Shown: piece after piece, positions 22,098-35,479 of the stretch
Numbering within the stretch: the stretch's first letter is position 1
Layout: the number at the start of each line of letters is the position of its first letter
Assembly (NCBI RefSeq): GCF_964188315.1
Contig: NC_135656.1
Coordinates: forward strand, 116,622,001 to 116,686,000
Direction of reading: 5' to 3'
DNA length: 64,000 nt
Source: Podarcis muralis
Lineage: Eukaryota
Position numbers and translations under genes: made by a program
The notes under the pieces: model-generated
Database searches by the model: none
What the model was told of the DNA's origin: nothing
What the model saw: only the letters and a program-made list of their open reading frames with translations

Positions 22098-22396
22098 AAG
22101 AAACTCTTAGCAAGCTACAGTTCCCAGGATTCTTTGCAGGAAGCCATGATTGTGGAATGGTATTAAGTGCATATGTTTAGCCTTGGTTTGACCTAACAGT
22201 GCTTGTCTTGTATTCTTATGAAATTAGTATATATCTCCTTTTTTTTCCCCCTCCTCAGGAAGCTTAAACTTCCCTTCCAAACCGCTTGCATGTCTGCACA
22301 CCCTGCAGCTTCGTGAGGTCAAAAGCTTCACAGTCTGGCCTTGCGGAAAGAACTGGTAACTTGGGCTCGGGCGGACATTTGCCGGGAAGAAATAAA

Positions 22397-23197
22397 ATGG
22401 CAGCCAAGCCGAGGGACGGATTGGTGCTGGGTCTCCAGCCCGAGGCTGGGCCTCAACAGGGAGTGAAAATGGAGCAACCGGACCTAGCAGCCCTTGACCC
22501 AGGAGTGGGGAACGGCCCGCACGTCATGCAGGCCAGGAATACCAGGGAATTCTGGGAGAGAAACATGTCGGGCCACGTCAAGCAGGAGCCACAGAAGGGG
22601 CTGCAGCAGCCATGGGAGGCCCAGCTGCAGGAGTTCCTCAGAGCGATGGAGTCTTCCCACTCCGAGGGGAGAAACCAGCACCAGCGGACATTGGCGTTGC
22701 GGGATGAGGCCCACCCCGTCCTGCCTCCTTCGGTGGGAATGGATGGCGCCAGGCCGCATCTGAGGAGAGAGATGGCAACCCCTCTCCTGCCAGGGTCTTG
22801 CAGAGAAGCCCAGCAGCCAGCTAACAGCCTCTTGGCCAAAGAGACAAGAGAGTCCGGGAAAGTCAAGGAAGAGGTCCTGAAGGAGGAGGAGAACGGCGTG
22901 GCCACTGGCATGGATGCTGAGCGCCAGCGCTTCCGGCAGTTCGGCTACCAGGAGGCCGAGGGGCCTCGAGAGACTTGCAGCCGCCTCTGGGATCTTTGCC
23001 ACTGGTGGCTGAAGCCAGAGAGGCACACCAAGGAGCAGATTTTGGAGCTGGTGATCCTGGAGCAGTTCCTGGCTGTCCTGCCCCCGGAGATGCAGAGCTG
23101 GGTCAGGAAAGGCGGGCCAGAGAGCTGCTCGCGGGCGGTGGCCTTGGCGGAAGACTTCCTGCTAAGGCAGCAGCCCGAGGAGCAGCGGCCCAAGCAG
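22397..23197 (+). CDS. ZF3 coding exon 1: N-terminal region plus SCAN domain
   Basis: Acceptor ctcctcAG at 22257-22258, aaaATGG at 22397. [56 protein letters not shown]. Donor CAG|GTGAGT at 23198. Confidence 0.9.
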
Positions 23198-23235
23198 GTG
23201 AGTGTCTGCTTCTCTGCTTCTCCCTGCTACCTTCC

Positions 23236-23740
23236 TCTTTTTTTTATTTTATTGGAAGTTTTATTTACAACATAACATAAACCCCCCATCCCCCCCAATA
23301 CAGAAATCCACCCTCATTAAACATGAACATAACAGACAATAAACATAACATACAACCATACAAACAACCAAATAAAAGACTTCCTCTATCCTGTATCTGG
23401 CCTCCTTATTTACTTCTTATAAGTTGTTTCCTTTATGAATAATTATTAAGATTTTTCTAATTATAACTTAAATATCCACAAAGTCTCCTGCAGACATTAA
23501 TCGAAACAAGTCCAGGTAGGTATTTTAGGCCACTGTTTTGTGAAGTATTCTCTGCGTTTTCCCCATGCTTTTTGAAACTGTCTAGTGTGATCTCCAATTG
23601 CCTCTGTTAATCTAGCCAGTTCAATATACTCTTAACAGTTTGTCTTGCCATTGCTTTTTCGTTGGCACAATTTCTTTTCCCCAGTTTTTAGCAGTTAGGA
23701 TCCTCGCCGCTCCTGTGGCATAGAGGAATATTTGGAGGAA
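23236..23740 (-). mobile_element. L1-like LINE 3' remnants
   Basis: T-rich reversed tail next to the donor, followed by decayed ORF2-C-terminus-like sequence. Confidence 0.45.
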
Positions 23741-24559
23741 TATTCTGCTTTCTCCCTGCTACCTGTGAGGCTTTCGGAGTTGCAGAGAGGGCAGAGACGG
23801 GACACATTCACAGCATACATTAAGGCACTATAACAGTCATGGCTTCTCCCAAAGGATTCTGGGAGCTGTGATTTAAGGATGCTGAGCGTCGTTCGGAAAC
23901 CCCGGTTTTCCTCAGAGCTGCGGTTCTCAGAGTGCTTTAACAGTCAATCCCTCTTCACTGGGAGCTCTGGGAATTGACAGCCTCGGGGGGGGGGGGGAGG
24001 GGACTTCCCAACAACTCTCAGTGCCCATAACAGACTCCCATAATGCTTTGGGGGAAGCCATGACTATTCAACATGGTCTCCTAGTGTTTTAAGTGGGGTG
24101 AATGTTGGCCTTAATGGACGGACAGTAGCTCAGTGGCAGAGCTCTTACTTCGGATACAGAAATATTCACAGGATCATTCCCTGGCATCTTCAGTTCGAAA
24201 AACGGCCTGACCACAAGGGGTGGGAATAATCCTCTGCATGTGACCTTGATAGCTGCTGCCAGTCAGACCAGACAACACTAAGCTAGATGGGGAAGAAACT
24301 TAATTCATTGTCCACATTTAGCAAGCAGAAGGTCCCAGGTATCTGAATCCCAGGGTGTGGGTGTGTGCTTCTAGCCTGTGAATGGTCTGAGTATGCCCTA
24401 CAGTAACCGAAATAATCACACATTTTCCCCTTCCTCTCCCACCCACCTATTTTATTTTATTTTTAAAAAATTAGTGTAAGCTCTTTGGGGCAGGGGCAAA
24501 GCGCCATGCCCACCGGGCTGGGGCTGGATAAGTAAGAACAATCTCTCCTTCTGTTTCAG

Positions 24560-24686
24560 GTGCCGGGGGTGTCCAAGGAGGGGTCTGCCAAGATCCCTGA
24601 AGTGGAGGCGTCTCCCTTGGGTGCCTGGCCAAGGCCTCTCTTCAGAGAGATCAAACAGGAAGGCGACAGAGAAGCAGCCTTGCTGG
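24560..24686 (+). CDS. ZF3 coding exon 2: 127-bp degenerate KRAB-A-derived exon
   Basis: ctgtttcAG|GTG...CTGG|GTAAGG, phase 0 to 1. VPGVSKEGSAKIPEVEASPLGAWPRPLFREIKQEGDREAALLG. Confidence 0.8.
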
Positions 24687-25091
24687 GTAAGGATTCCTGG
24701 TGGCAGAGTTTTAACCACACTGCTTCTCCCATGTTTTCCTTTGGTCCTGCCCAGCAGTGGCATATGGCCCTCAGAAGGTTCTGCAGAAGGGAATGTGGCC
24801 CTCACACTGAACAAAGTCTAAACAGAGAACATTGTCCTTCAGGTAACCTGGTGCCAAGCTCCTCAGGGCTCTGCACATTAATAGCAAGCCTTTGAACATG
24901 GCTTCGTAGCTAACAGGCAAACAGCAAATAACACTGAGATTCTCTCCTTATTCCTTTTAAAAAAAATAATAATAATTTTTATTGAGTTTTCCATATCTAG
25001 TTACATTTCATTACATGAATCTATAACATAAAGCATTGCTCAGACAGAGCACCGACTTCCTTCCCTCCCTCTTTCTGACTTCCAAACATCT

Positions 25092-26033
25092 TTTTTTAAA
25101 AAAATAATTTTTATTAACAGGCCAATCAAATCACATTATTTCCAAATCACATTAGTTCCAAATTATACAGCTAGATTTTTAAATTTTATTGGGGGTACAC
25201 TCTCCAAAAATCATATCACATAGGGACAGACGCCATTCCACACTTCCATAAAGAATTTATCCTCGGTCTGTCCTTTACTTTTCCCAGGCTTGCCAAGTAT
25301 ATCACAGAGGGCTCTGCCAGGGTTAGATCACATTCCAATCATCATTCACATTCCGGTGATCCTGGTCCTCCTCCCCCCGTCTTTCTTAGACAAGCCTGTC
25401 TTAGCGAGACGCCATTTAAAACTGTGTCAAAAAAATTTCCTCCGTACTCCGATGTTTACCAATCCTCTCTTTGATCAATGATTCACTCCACACAGTTCTT
25501 GAATTCCTGCTTGTGATTAATATAATGCAACGATCTTCTTTCTGGGGAGGGTTATTAATACTCACATAAGGCAAAGAAAATAAAAGTTTTTTCCTCCACC
25601 CCCCTTCCGTTTCGCTCCAAACATACCAGTCTCTTAATGGTGATTCATCACTTGATATATTTGTCCCGCCCGTCGCTCCGGTCACAGAGATCCATTAATC
25701 AGCATTCTTATCTCCCGAACTTCGCTTGATGTATGTGCTTTAGCTTCTTTCCAATTATATGTTTCCAATTATATTTTCGAGCTAAAGCGAACCCGGGCGC
25801 TGGTTGGAGACAGCGTCAGGAAGAGCCGACTTCACCGAGGGCTTGTGCCAAGTGACTGGCACCCCCTTCTTTCGAATCCGGGGGTGCGTTATGGACACCG
25901 CTGGCAAGGCAGTCCCCCCCATCTCCTTGGGGGGGCGGGAAGGCTGCATACTTCCCATAGCAGCCTCTTAATTACCTCGTGTGAGAGATGTTTTTGTCGG
26001 CCATCTTCCAATGTGCCACCTGGTGGCCCCCCC
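25092..26033 (-). mobile_element. 942-bp ORF-less retroposed element with L1-like 5' end, AATAAA/short A tail and 15-bp TSD
   Basis: GACTTCCAAACATCT at 25077-25091 and 26034-26048. The 5' end reads GGGGGGGCCACCAGGTGGCACATTGGAAGATGGCCGAC. Confidence 0.7.
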
Positions 26034-26092
26034 GACTTCCAAACATCTATTAATAAATTTTCGCATTTCTATAACCACTTTTTTTACTTTAA

Positions 26093-27115
<1,023 letters not shown>

Positions 27116-27213
27116 AAAAGGGCGGGGGAACAACACACAAACTGGAGTTTCACAGTTCCATACTGTCTAGGAAAATGACATTTTGATGCACACATGTACC
27201 CCACTCACACGTA

Positions 27214-27455
27214 CAGTGGTACCTCAGGTTAAGTACTTAATACATTCTGGAGGTCTGTTCTTAACCTGAAACTGTTCTTAACCTGAAGCACCACTTTAGC
27301 TAATGGGGCCTCCTGCTGCCGCCACACCACAGGAGCACAATTTCTGTTCTCATCCTGAAGCAAAGTTCTTAACCCGAGGTACTATTTCTGGGTTAGCAGA
27401 GTCTGTAACCTGAAGCGTCTGTAACCTGAAGCGTCTGTAACCCAAGGTACCACTG
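27214..27455. mobile_element. MITE family A (reverse orientation, ZF3 3' UTR)
   Basis: TA-flanked TIRs. Confidence 0.9.
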
Positions 27456-27607
27456 TACATTTAACGTGCTGTGGTACCGCTTTAAACAGTCATGGCTTCC
27501 CCCAAAGGATTCTGGGAGCTGTGTTCTGTTAAAGGTGCTCAGAGTTGTTAGGCGAGACCTCTATTCCTTTCACAGAGCCACAATTTCCAGAGCTCCCTCT
27601 GAAGAGA

Positions 27608-27608
<1 letters not shown>

Positions 27609-27648
<40 letters not shown>

Positions 27649-27865
27649 TTTATACCCCGCCCATCTGGCTGGGTTTCCCCAGCTACTCTGGGTGGCTCCC
27701 AACAGAACATTAAAAACATGGTAAAACATCTAACATAAAAAACTTCTCTAAACAGGGCTGCCTTCAGATGTCTTCTAAAAAGCCTGAGAGTTGTTTATTT
27801 CCTTGACATCTGATGGGTGGGCGTTTCACAGGGTGGGCGCCACTACCGAGAAGGCCCTCTGCTTA
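27609..27865 (-). mobile_element. L2 LINE 3' end with (TAA)n, inside a foldback element
   Basis: Reverse match to the L2 3' end. Confidence 0.8.
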
Positions 27866-27972
27866 ATATCAAACCACTCAGGGAGTCGTAACTCTGCGAT
27901 GGGAATAGAGACCTCTCAGCACCCTTAGCAAACCACAGTTCCCATGATTCTTTGGGGGAACCCATGACTGTT

Positions 27973-28203
27973 TATAGAACCATAGAGTTGGTCCTGTGGG
28001 TCGTCTAGTTCAACCCCCTGCAATGTAGGAATCTCAGCTAAAGCATCCATGATAGATGGCCATTCAAACTCTGCTCAAAAACCTCCAAGGAAGGAGAGGC
28101 CACAACCTCCCGAGGGAGACCGTTCCACTGTCAAGCAGATGTTACTGTCAACAAGTTCTTCCTGGTGTTTAGTCAGAATCTCTTTTTTTGTAACTTGAAT
28201 CCG
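27973..28203 (-). mobile_element. CR1 LINE 3' fragment
   Basis: Similar to 19726-20091. Confidence 0.7.
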
Positions 28204-28639
28204 GCAGAGGTGTGAATGTGGCTGTAGTTGCCTTACGACCCACCCTGATTACGCCCAGACTCTTTAAAAAAATGCATCTTTCTGCCTTTTAATATGAACC
28301 ACATGCCAAAATGGCTGAGTGGGAAGACCTAGAAAGCGTCTCATGTCCACAACCAGGCAATAAATAGCTTTATCAGGGCTGACCAAGACGCCAGGAAAGC
28401 GCAAGCCATTCTCAAGGTCCACAGAACTCTTCCATCAGGTTGGACGTTAAGCAAAGCAGGAGGGAGAGGGAGGGAGGGAGGGAATCGCCGGCTTGGTCAC
28501 TGTCTAGCCGCAAAGTCACATGCTTTGAAAATCCGAATAGGAGAGCCGCAGCAAACGTGCAGGGAATCTCTAGGGTTAGGGAAGAGAAATTGTGGGACAG
28601 CAGCCTTTGGAGGAGAACACCAGATGGACGAGGTGGGAT

Positions 28640-29385
28640 TAATAATAATAATAATAATAATAATACAATTTATTTATACCCTGCCCTCCCTGGCCAGAGC
28701 CGGCTCAGGGCAGCTAACACCAATAAAATCACAGTAAAAACATAATAGGGGAAAAAGAGAGGTTGGGGGAAAGGAAAGGGGGGGGACCAATTTAAAATAC
28801 AGGTTAAAATGCAATTTAAAATGCAGCCTCATTTTAAAGTAGCTGATAAATCAAGACCATAAGGGGAGGGAAACATAAGGGTCAGACCGAGTCCAAACCA
28901 AAGGCCAGGTGGAACAGCTCTGTCTTGCCGGCCCTGCAGAAAGATGTCAAGTCCCGTAGGGCCCTAGTCTCTTGTGACAGAGCGTTCCACCACGTCGGAG
29001 CCAGTGCTGAAAAGACCCTGGCCCTAGTTGAAACTAATCTAACCTCCTTGAGGCTCGGGACCTCCAGAATGTTGTCATTTGTGGACCTTAAGGTCCTCCG
29101 TGGGGCATACCAGGAGAGGTGGTCCCGTTGGTACGTGGGTCCTAGGCCACATAAGGCTTTAAAGGTCAAAACCAGCACCTTAAACCTGACCCTGTACTCC
29201 ACTGGGAGCCAGTGCAGTTGGTAAAGCACTGAATGAATGTGATCCCGCGGCAAGGACCCCGTAAGGAGCCTCGCCGCGGCATTCTGCACCCGCTGGAGTT
29301 TCTGGGTCAGCTTCAAGGGCAGCCCCGCGTAGAGTGAGTTACAATAATCAAGCCTGGAGGTGACCGTCGCGTGGATCATTAAAGG
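28640..29385 (-). mobile_element. L2 LINE 3' end (second subfamily)
   Basis: HATVTSRLDYCNSLYAGLPLKLTQKLQRVQNAAARLL...LHWLPVEYRVRFKVLVLTFKAL. (TTA)n tail. Confidence 0.88.
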
Positions 29386-30312
29386 ATGAGCAAGTGATTC
29401 ACAGTCCACATTAAGCCGAGGTGTGCCCAGGCCGTGTGACTTAATGCAGACCTCATGGCTACAGCATCTTAAGTGGTTCCTCACTGCCCTTTCCCTCCTG
29501 CCCTCTGCTCTGCTTAACTTCCAGCCTGATTTCTGGAGAAGTGGAAAGCTTTGCTGACCACTGAGCACCTGTGACTCTCCACTCAGGAAAGGCCCTCTTT
29601 TCTTGCGAGGTGGTGGAAAAGTACACAGAGCTGGAGGGGTGATGGGAGTCATATTCCAGCAAAAACCTGGAAGGTCCCATCTTCCGCAGCCCTGTCAAAG
29701 AGACTAGTCCTCAAGCAAACGGCAGAAGGGGTGGTGTGCTATTCACAATTCCACTGCCCCTTTGACACGTATTTTTTAGCAAGGGGAACGAAACCCTAGT
29801 AGTAGCTTAGTAGCGGTCAGGGGTACAGGCCGAAGTTTCTAGTAGGTTTTAAGTTTGTAGGGTATAACTCTGTAGCATGTACACGTTCCTTGCCACTTCT
29901 AGCGGGAGGGAGGTGGGTTTGAAGGGTGAAGAGTACGAAACGCGATGCTGACGAATGCTGATTTGTATATATGCAGAGTTTTAAATTTAAGATTTCTCTT
30001 CTCCCCCACTGCCCAGCCTCTGTCTCAGCAGTTCTTCCAGGAGTGGCTTCATGTTTTGGGATTAGCTTTGCCCTAGGATAGGGAAATTTGTCATTAGAAA
30101 GACGTATGACTCATATAGCTAATAGATTTTTTTTGTTCCTAGGTAGTTTAGGGGTTCTATGATGATCAGATTTGGTTTGTTTGGGTATTTTCCCCCAATC
30201 CAAGAATTTTAGAGAAAATGTTTTTATGGACATGTAAGAAACACTGATTATAACAAATAAAAAGGAGTTCTTAAAAAATGTGTATGGCTTGGACATGATA
30301 TACTTGGCCTTG

Positions 30313-30626
30313 GCCCAGTATACCTGAAGGAGCGTCTCCACCCCCATCGTTCTGCCTGGACACTGAGTTCCCTCACTGCGAGAAGCAAAGCTACAGGGAA
30401 CCAGGCAGAGGGCCTTCTCAGTAGTGGCGCCCGCCCTGTGGAACGCCCTCCCATCAGATGTCAAAGAGATAAACAACTACCTGACATTTAGAAGACATCT
30501 GAAGGCAGCCCTGTTTAGGGAAGTTTTTAATCTGTGATATTTTAATTTATTTTTAATCTTTGTTGGAAGCCGCCCAGAGTGGCTGGGGAAACACAGCCAG
30601 TTGGGTGGGGTACAAATAATACATTA

Positions 30627-30676
<50 letters not shown>
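30313..30676 (+). mobile_element. L2 LINE 3' end with (TTA)n tail
   Basis: Similar to 356-1000. Confidence 0.85.
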
Positions 30677-30677
<1 letters not shown>

Positions 30678-31496
30678 CTTTGAAAAGGGAAAGTGTATTT
30701 ATCATTGTAAACTCTTAATACTGTGGTGGTTTGTTTGCAGTGGTTAGAGTTGGGGTAATCATTGTGGAACCTTCCAGATCTAGTTGAGATCCACTTGGAA
30801 CCAAAAAGATCCTTTATGGAGGAGCAATCCATCACTGGGGGGGCCACCACAGAGAAGACTCAGTGCAACTTATAAAGAGTAGGCTTACTCAAGGTGTCTG
30901 GACTACATCCCTGGGGGCTGATGGGAGTTGAATCTGCAACACCTGGAGGGCACCAGGCCTGCTTGCCACCACTGCGTTAGACTATCATTACTATTATTAT
31001 GATGAGTCTCAATAGGGCTCCCTTATAGTGCACTGTCAAGGCTGTGTCATCTGCAAACAACGCCTCTCAGATAAGGACCGGGACGCTTTCCTTTTGGTGC
31101 AGAGATGTGCCAAATTGAACAAACCCCAGTGGCTTTCTTGAATGGATGTGACTGGAAACAAACAGTGAGGTTGTATCTCCATAACGGTGACTAGAGGAGG
31201 AATGGCTGATGGGAGGAGTGCAGAGAGAAGAAATGTTGCAGTGCTTCTGCAGCAGCACAACTGGACGCCTTCCTCTGCCCCAGCTGCAACACAACATGTC
31301 TATCCCCTATCAGTCTCTACAGCCACAGCTGGATGCCAAGAATATTATTATTATTATTATTCATTTATTTATACTGCACCTTCTTCCCTGGCAGCTTACA
31401 GACAATAAATAACAATTTTATTATTTGTACCCTACCCTTCTGACTGGGTTGCCCCAGCCAGTCTGGGCGGCTTCCAATGTATATAAAAACATAATA

Positions 31497-31710
31497 CACT
31501 GGTACCTTGGTTTACAACCATAATCTGTTCCGAAGGTCCGTTCGTAAACCAAAACAGGTTGTAACCCAAGGCGCGCTTTCGCCAATGGGGCCTCAAAAAA
31601 AATTTGTTCGTAATAATAATAAAAATGGGTTGTAATCCACTTCTGGGTTTGACGTGTTTGTAATCCAAAGCGTATGCAAACAAAGACGTATGCAAACCAA
31701 GGTACCACTG
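31497..31710. mobile_element. Tc1/mariner-pogo MITE family D
   Basis: TA|cactggtaccttggttt...aaaccaaggtaccactg|TA. Confidence 0.8.
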
Positions 31711-31767
31711 TAAAACATTGCACATTACGCATTTAAAAAATTCCCTTTACATATCATAGCTGCCTTC

Positions 31768-32287
31768 AGATCATAGCTGTCAAGTTCCAGGTTTGAAAAT
31801 AAGGGATCAGCAGCCTCACCAGTCCCGGGGACAGTATACGGGATATCTAACAATCCGGGATAGCAGCGGGAAATAAGGGCTATAAAAGGTAAAGGTACCC
31901 CTGCCCGTACGGGCCAGTCTTGCCAGACTCTAGGGTTGTGCACTCATCTCACTCTAGAGGCCGGGAGCCAGCGCTGTCCGCACACTTCCGGGTCACGTGG
32001 CCAGCGTGACAAGCTGCATCTGGCGAGCCAGCGCAGCACACGGAACGCCGTTTACCTTCCCGCTGGTAAGCGGTCCCTATTGGTCTACTTGCACCCGGGG
32101 GTGCTTTCGAACTGCTAGGTTGGCAGGCGCTGGGACAGAACGACGGGAACGCAGCCCGCCGCGGGGATTCGAACCGCCGACCTGACGATCAGCAAGTCCT
32201 AGGCGCTGAGGTTTTACCCACAGCGCCACCCGCGTCCCCATGAATAAGGGCTATACCCCGCAAAAAAAGGGAAGGTTGACAGCTATG
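31768..32287. mobile_element. Small TIR element (catagctgtcaa / ttgacagctatg) interrupted by a Sauria SINE
   Basis: Terminal inverted repeats. A shorter relative lies at 56107-56196. Confidence 0.55.
31885..32242 (-). mobile_element. Sauria SINE (second subfamily) with 13-bp TSD
   Basis: ggtacccctgcccgtacgggccagtc variant. AATAAGGGCTATA at 31872-31884 and 32243-32255. Confidence 0.9.
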
Positions 32288-32739
32288 CTTCAGATGTCCT
32301 CTAAAGGTGATATAGTTGTTCATCTCCTTATCTTCCTCCTCCTCCTCCTCCAACCCCCCCCCCGCCCTATTGCACATTCTTTGCACGAAAATCACTAAAA
32401 TGCCAATATTATAAAAACAAGAGCATAAAATGTACGCATCACGAACGTCTGAATTCGACCAGGAGCTGGCCGGAGATGTCGTTTGCCAGGATTTTACAAC
32501 AGCTAGCGACCCCCCCACCCTCAGGGCTAAATGGAGCCTCCAGTGCCAGTGGCAGTCTATCTCTAAATCCTTGCAACAGAAAAAGGAGGCGGCTCTTGCG
32601 CTTGCAGTCTTCTGGCTGGCCACTGTCAGAAGAGGAGGCTGGGCTTTTCAAGGAGAGGCGAGCCTTTGGGGTCCTATCCAGCAGGGTTGGGGTTTTTTTG
32701 GGGGGGTGGGAGGAGTTGGGGGTGGAAATGACTTTCTCA

Positions 32740-32965
32740 GGGTTAAGGCGACAGATTCCTGTTTCCCAGAACTGCCTGGGAGGAAGGGGAGGGAGAGGAA
32801 CCGAGGACATCACTTCCTATCCTGCCGGCCATAGGGGGCGTGGGGTTGGGGGGCACCGGCAGGGTCCTTTGCCCCCCAAGTAGCAGCCCAGCAAGAGGGT
32901 TGGGGGGCACGTTGCCCCCTTGATGCCTCCTGCGCACCCCTCCACCTTTTGCAAGAAGCTCCTTG
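32740..32965 (+). other. Putative non-coding first exon/promoter of ZF4
   Basis: agggttaagg...ttcccaga motif and tgcaagaagctccttg|GTGAGT donor at 32966, resembling the ZF2 first exon. Confidence 0.45.
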
Positions 32966-33348
32966 GTGAGTGCAAGGCGTGTTGCAATCGCAGAGGGAGG
33001 GATTTCAAACAAAGCTCCTGGGAAAAGTCCAGGGAGGCGAGAGAGCAAAAGATCTGGGGCTGGAGGGATTTTTGCATGCATATATTCTTATTATTTTCAT
33101 GTTTCCAGCTGCTTTCAATTATGTGCAGATCGTGGTTTTGGAAGGCGATGAACAAAGCAATGGTTCTAATGAAAGAGGAGCGGGAGGTGGTTGGAAGAAA
33201 AGGCGTTTGCAAAAATAAAAATAAGAAACCCGAGTTTTAGGGGAGGGATTCGCCAGCCCTGTTTTCATCCAGGCTCAGTATAGGGCTTTAATGTGCTGCG
33301 ACCCCAAAGCTGGGGGAGTGCAGGAGGGTAGCCAAGGATGTAACAGAA

Positions 33349-33349
<1 letters not shown>

Positions 33350-33386
<37 letters not shown>

Positions 33387-33407
33387 TGATGATGATGATG
33401 ATGATGA
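33350..33407. repeat. Compound (TAA)n(TGA)n microsatellite
   Basis: Direct reading. Confidence 0.9.
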
Positions 33408-33897
33408 CAAAGTAACACTTCATGCAGCAGAGGGAGTGGACTGCAATCCACAATTCCAGCCATTGCCAACCTGGTGCCCGGCAGACGCTTTGAACTACAA
33501 CTCCCAACAGCCCTGCTTCGTGGGGCTGGGGGGAGCTGTAGCTCCAATATGATGCCCTTCAGAAGCTTTGGGTGTACAACTCCAGCCAGCGCCAGTCCAA
33601 AACATCTGGAGGGCATCTGGAGCTTAGGGAAGGCTGTTCAGAAGAATAAGTGACCAGTTAATTTAATTTAAATTTCACAATGTTTATAGGCCGCTCTGTT
33701 GTCATCCAACTTCAGATAGGCTTACGGAAAAATGATGAAACCATAAAATTAGGATTTTTTTTTATAAAAACAAAAACAAAAAATGCTTAAAACATTAAAA
33801 AAAATTAAAATGAACTAAAATCAGATTTGAAAACCTGGCAGCCTCCCTGAAATGTATTCCAGGGGGCTGTTTGGAAACCAATTCTGTTTGCTTAATT

Positions 33898-34228
33898 CAG
33901 GGGTCTGCAACCTTTAAGACAAAAAGAGCCACTTGGACCCGTTTCCGAAGAAAAAAAACCTGGAAGCCGCAAAACCATTGCGACATTTAAAACAAATATA
34001 TCTCCGGAGCCGCGATCTGACAGCGGGCGGGAAGGTGACGTCGGGACAGTGCGTGACTAACGCCCGCCCCGCCCCCATGCGACGTCACAGCCAGTACAGC
34101 GCCCGCCACAGTGGGGAGTGTCGGGGCGCACAATGCGCCTCCTCCCCTCGCTAGTATCCACCCCGGAGCCGCGGCAAAGGTGTAAAAGAGCCACATGCGG
34201 CTCCGGAGCCGCGGGTTGCAGACCCCTG
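33898..34228. mobile_element. hAT (Charlie-type) MITE, 331 bp, 8-bp TSD
   Basis: TIRs caggggtctgcaacc / ggttgcagacccctg. GCTTAATT at 33890-33897 and 34229-34236. Confidence 0.9.
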
Positions 34229-34283
34229 GCTTAATTACTCTGAAGTAATTTCCTCAGTATTCAGTGGGGCTTACTCATTGGTA

Positions 34284-34589
34284 AAGGTAAAGGGACCCCT
34301 GACCATTAGGTCCAGTCATGGCCGACTCTGGGGTTGCGGCGCTCATCTTGCTTTATTGGCCGAGGGAGTCGGCGTACAACTTCCGGGTCATGTGGCCAGC
34401 ATGACTAAGCCGTTTCTGGCGAACCAGAGCAGCACACGGAAATGCTGTTTACCTTCCCGCTGGAGCGGTACCTATTTACTTGCACTTTGATGTGCTTTCA
34501 AACTGCTAGGTTGGCAGGAGCAGGGACCGAGCAACGGGAGCTCACCGCGTATCGGGGATTCGAACTGCCGACCTTCTGATCGGCAGGTC
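34284..34589 (-). mobile_element. Sauria SINE, 5'-truncated, 10-bp TSD
   Basis: CTCATTGGTA at 34274-34283 and 34590-34599. Confidence 0.9.
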
Positions 34590-35479
34590 CTCATTGGTAG
34601 GTGTATGTAAAATTGTAGCCTGACTTAAACCTTTGTTCTGCCTGCTTTTGCTTCCAGCCGCAATACTTTTCGTCAGGAAAATGGATTGTTAATAGTCCCC
34701 ACTGAAAGGTATCCCCCCTCCAATGGGGACAAAAGATTAGGAAATAACTGGTGAATTGTCTTGAATTTTTATTATTGCATTTGTATCCCACCATTTTCTC
34801 CAAGGAGCATACATGGTTCTCTCTCATTTAATCCCCAACAAAAGCCCTGGGAGTTAGGTTACTTTGAGGGGCAGAGACTGGCCCAAGGTCACCCACTGAG
34901 CTTCATGGACGAGTCAGGATTTGAACCCTGGACTCCCTGTTAGTCCAATACACTAACCACTGCACCACACTGACTCTTATTTTTCTTCTTTCTTTTTGGA
35001 ATGTGAGAGATTATCAGAATTTGGGAAGCCCTTCTTCTCCCCTCACCCCACTCTGAACTTTGAGGGAGATTTCTGATGTGAGCTGTGTGTCAGAACATGT
35101 GCTTTACAGGAGAAGGCTCCAGGTTCAATTCTCAGGGACTCCAGTTAATATTAATTATTGTTATTGTTATTATTTATTTCAGTTCTATGTCGCTTTACAG
35201 TTTTAAAGAAAAAAAATCTCAAAGCGATTTACGGCCCATTTAAACCATCAAATAGAACAATCCAGGATAAAACGTTGCTGAAGAAAGTAAAATACCTTAA
35301 GGATATCAAAATAAAACATCGGAAAGGAGGCCAGTTCCAGAATGCACATTTAATGCAGCAAAGATAACAACAGAAAATAAATTGGAAGCATTTCTAAAGA
35401 AAACATTACTAAAGGAAGTCAAATATAAAATACATGTTCAAAACAACAGTAGATGCAGATTTTAAAATAAAGTAATATG

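Noticed and set aside
22286-22396. N-terminal extension of ZF3 and the C-terminal read-through tails of the SCAN ORFs
   Set aside because: The ORF caller used TTG. The paralog-like aaaATGG is at 22397, and the tails beyond 8723, 23197 and 37465 are intronic read-through past consensus donors.
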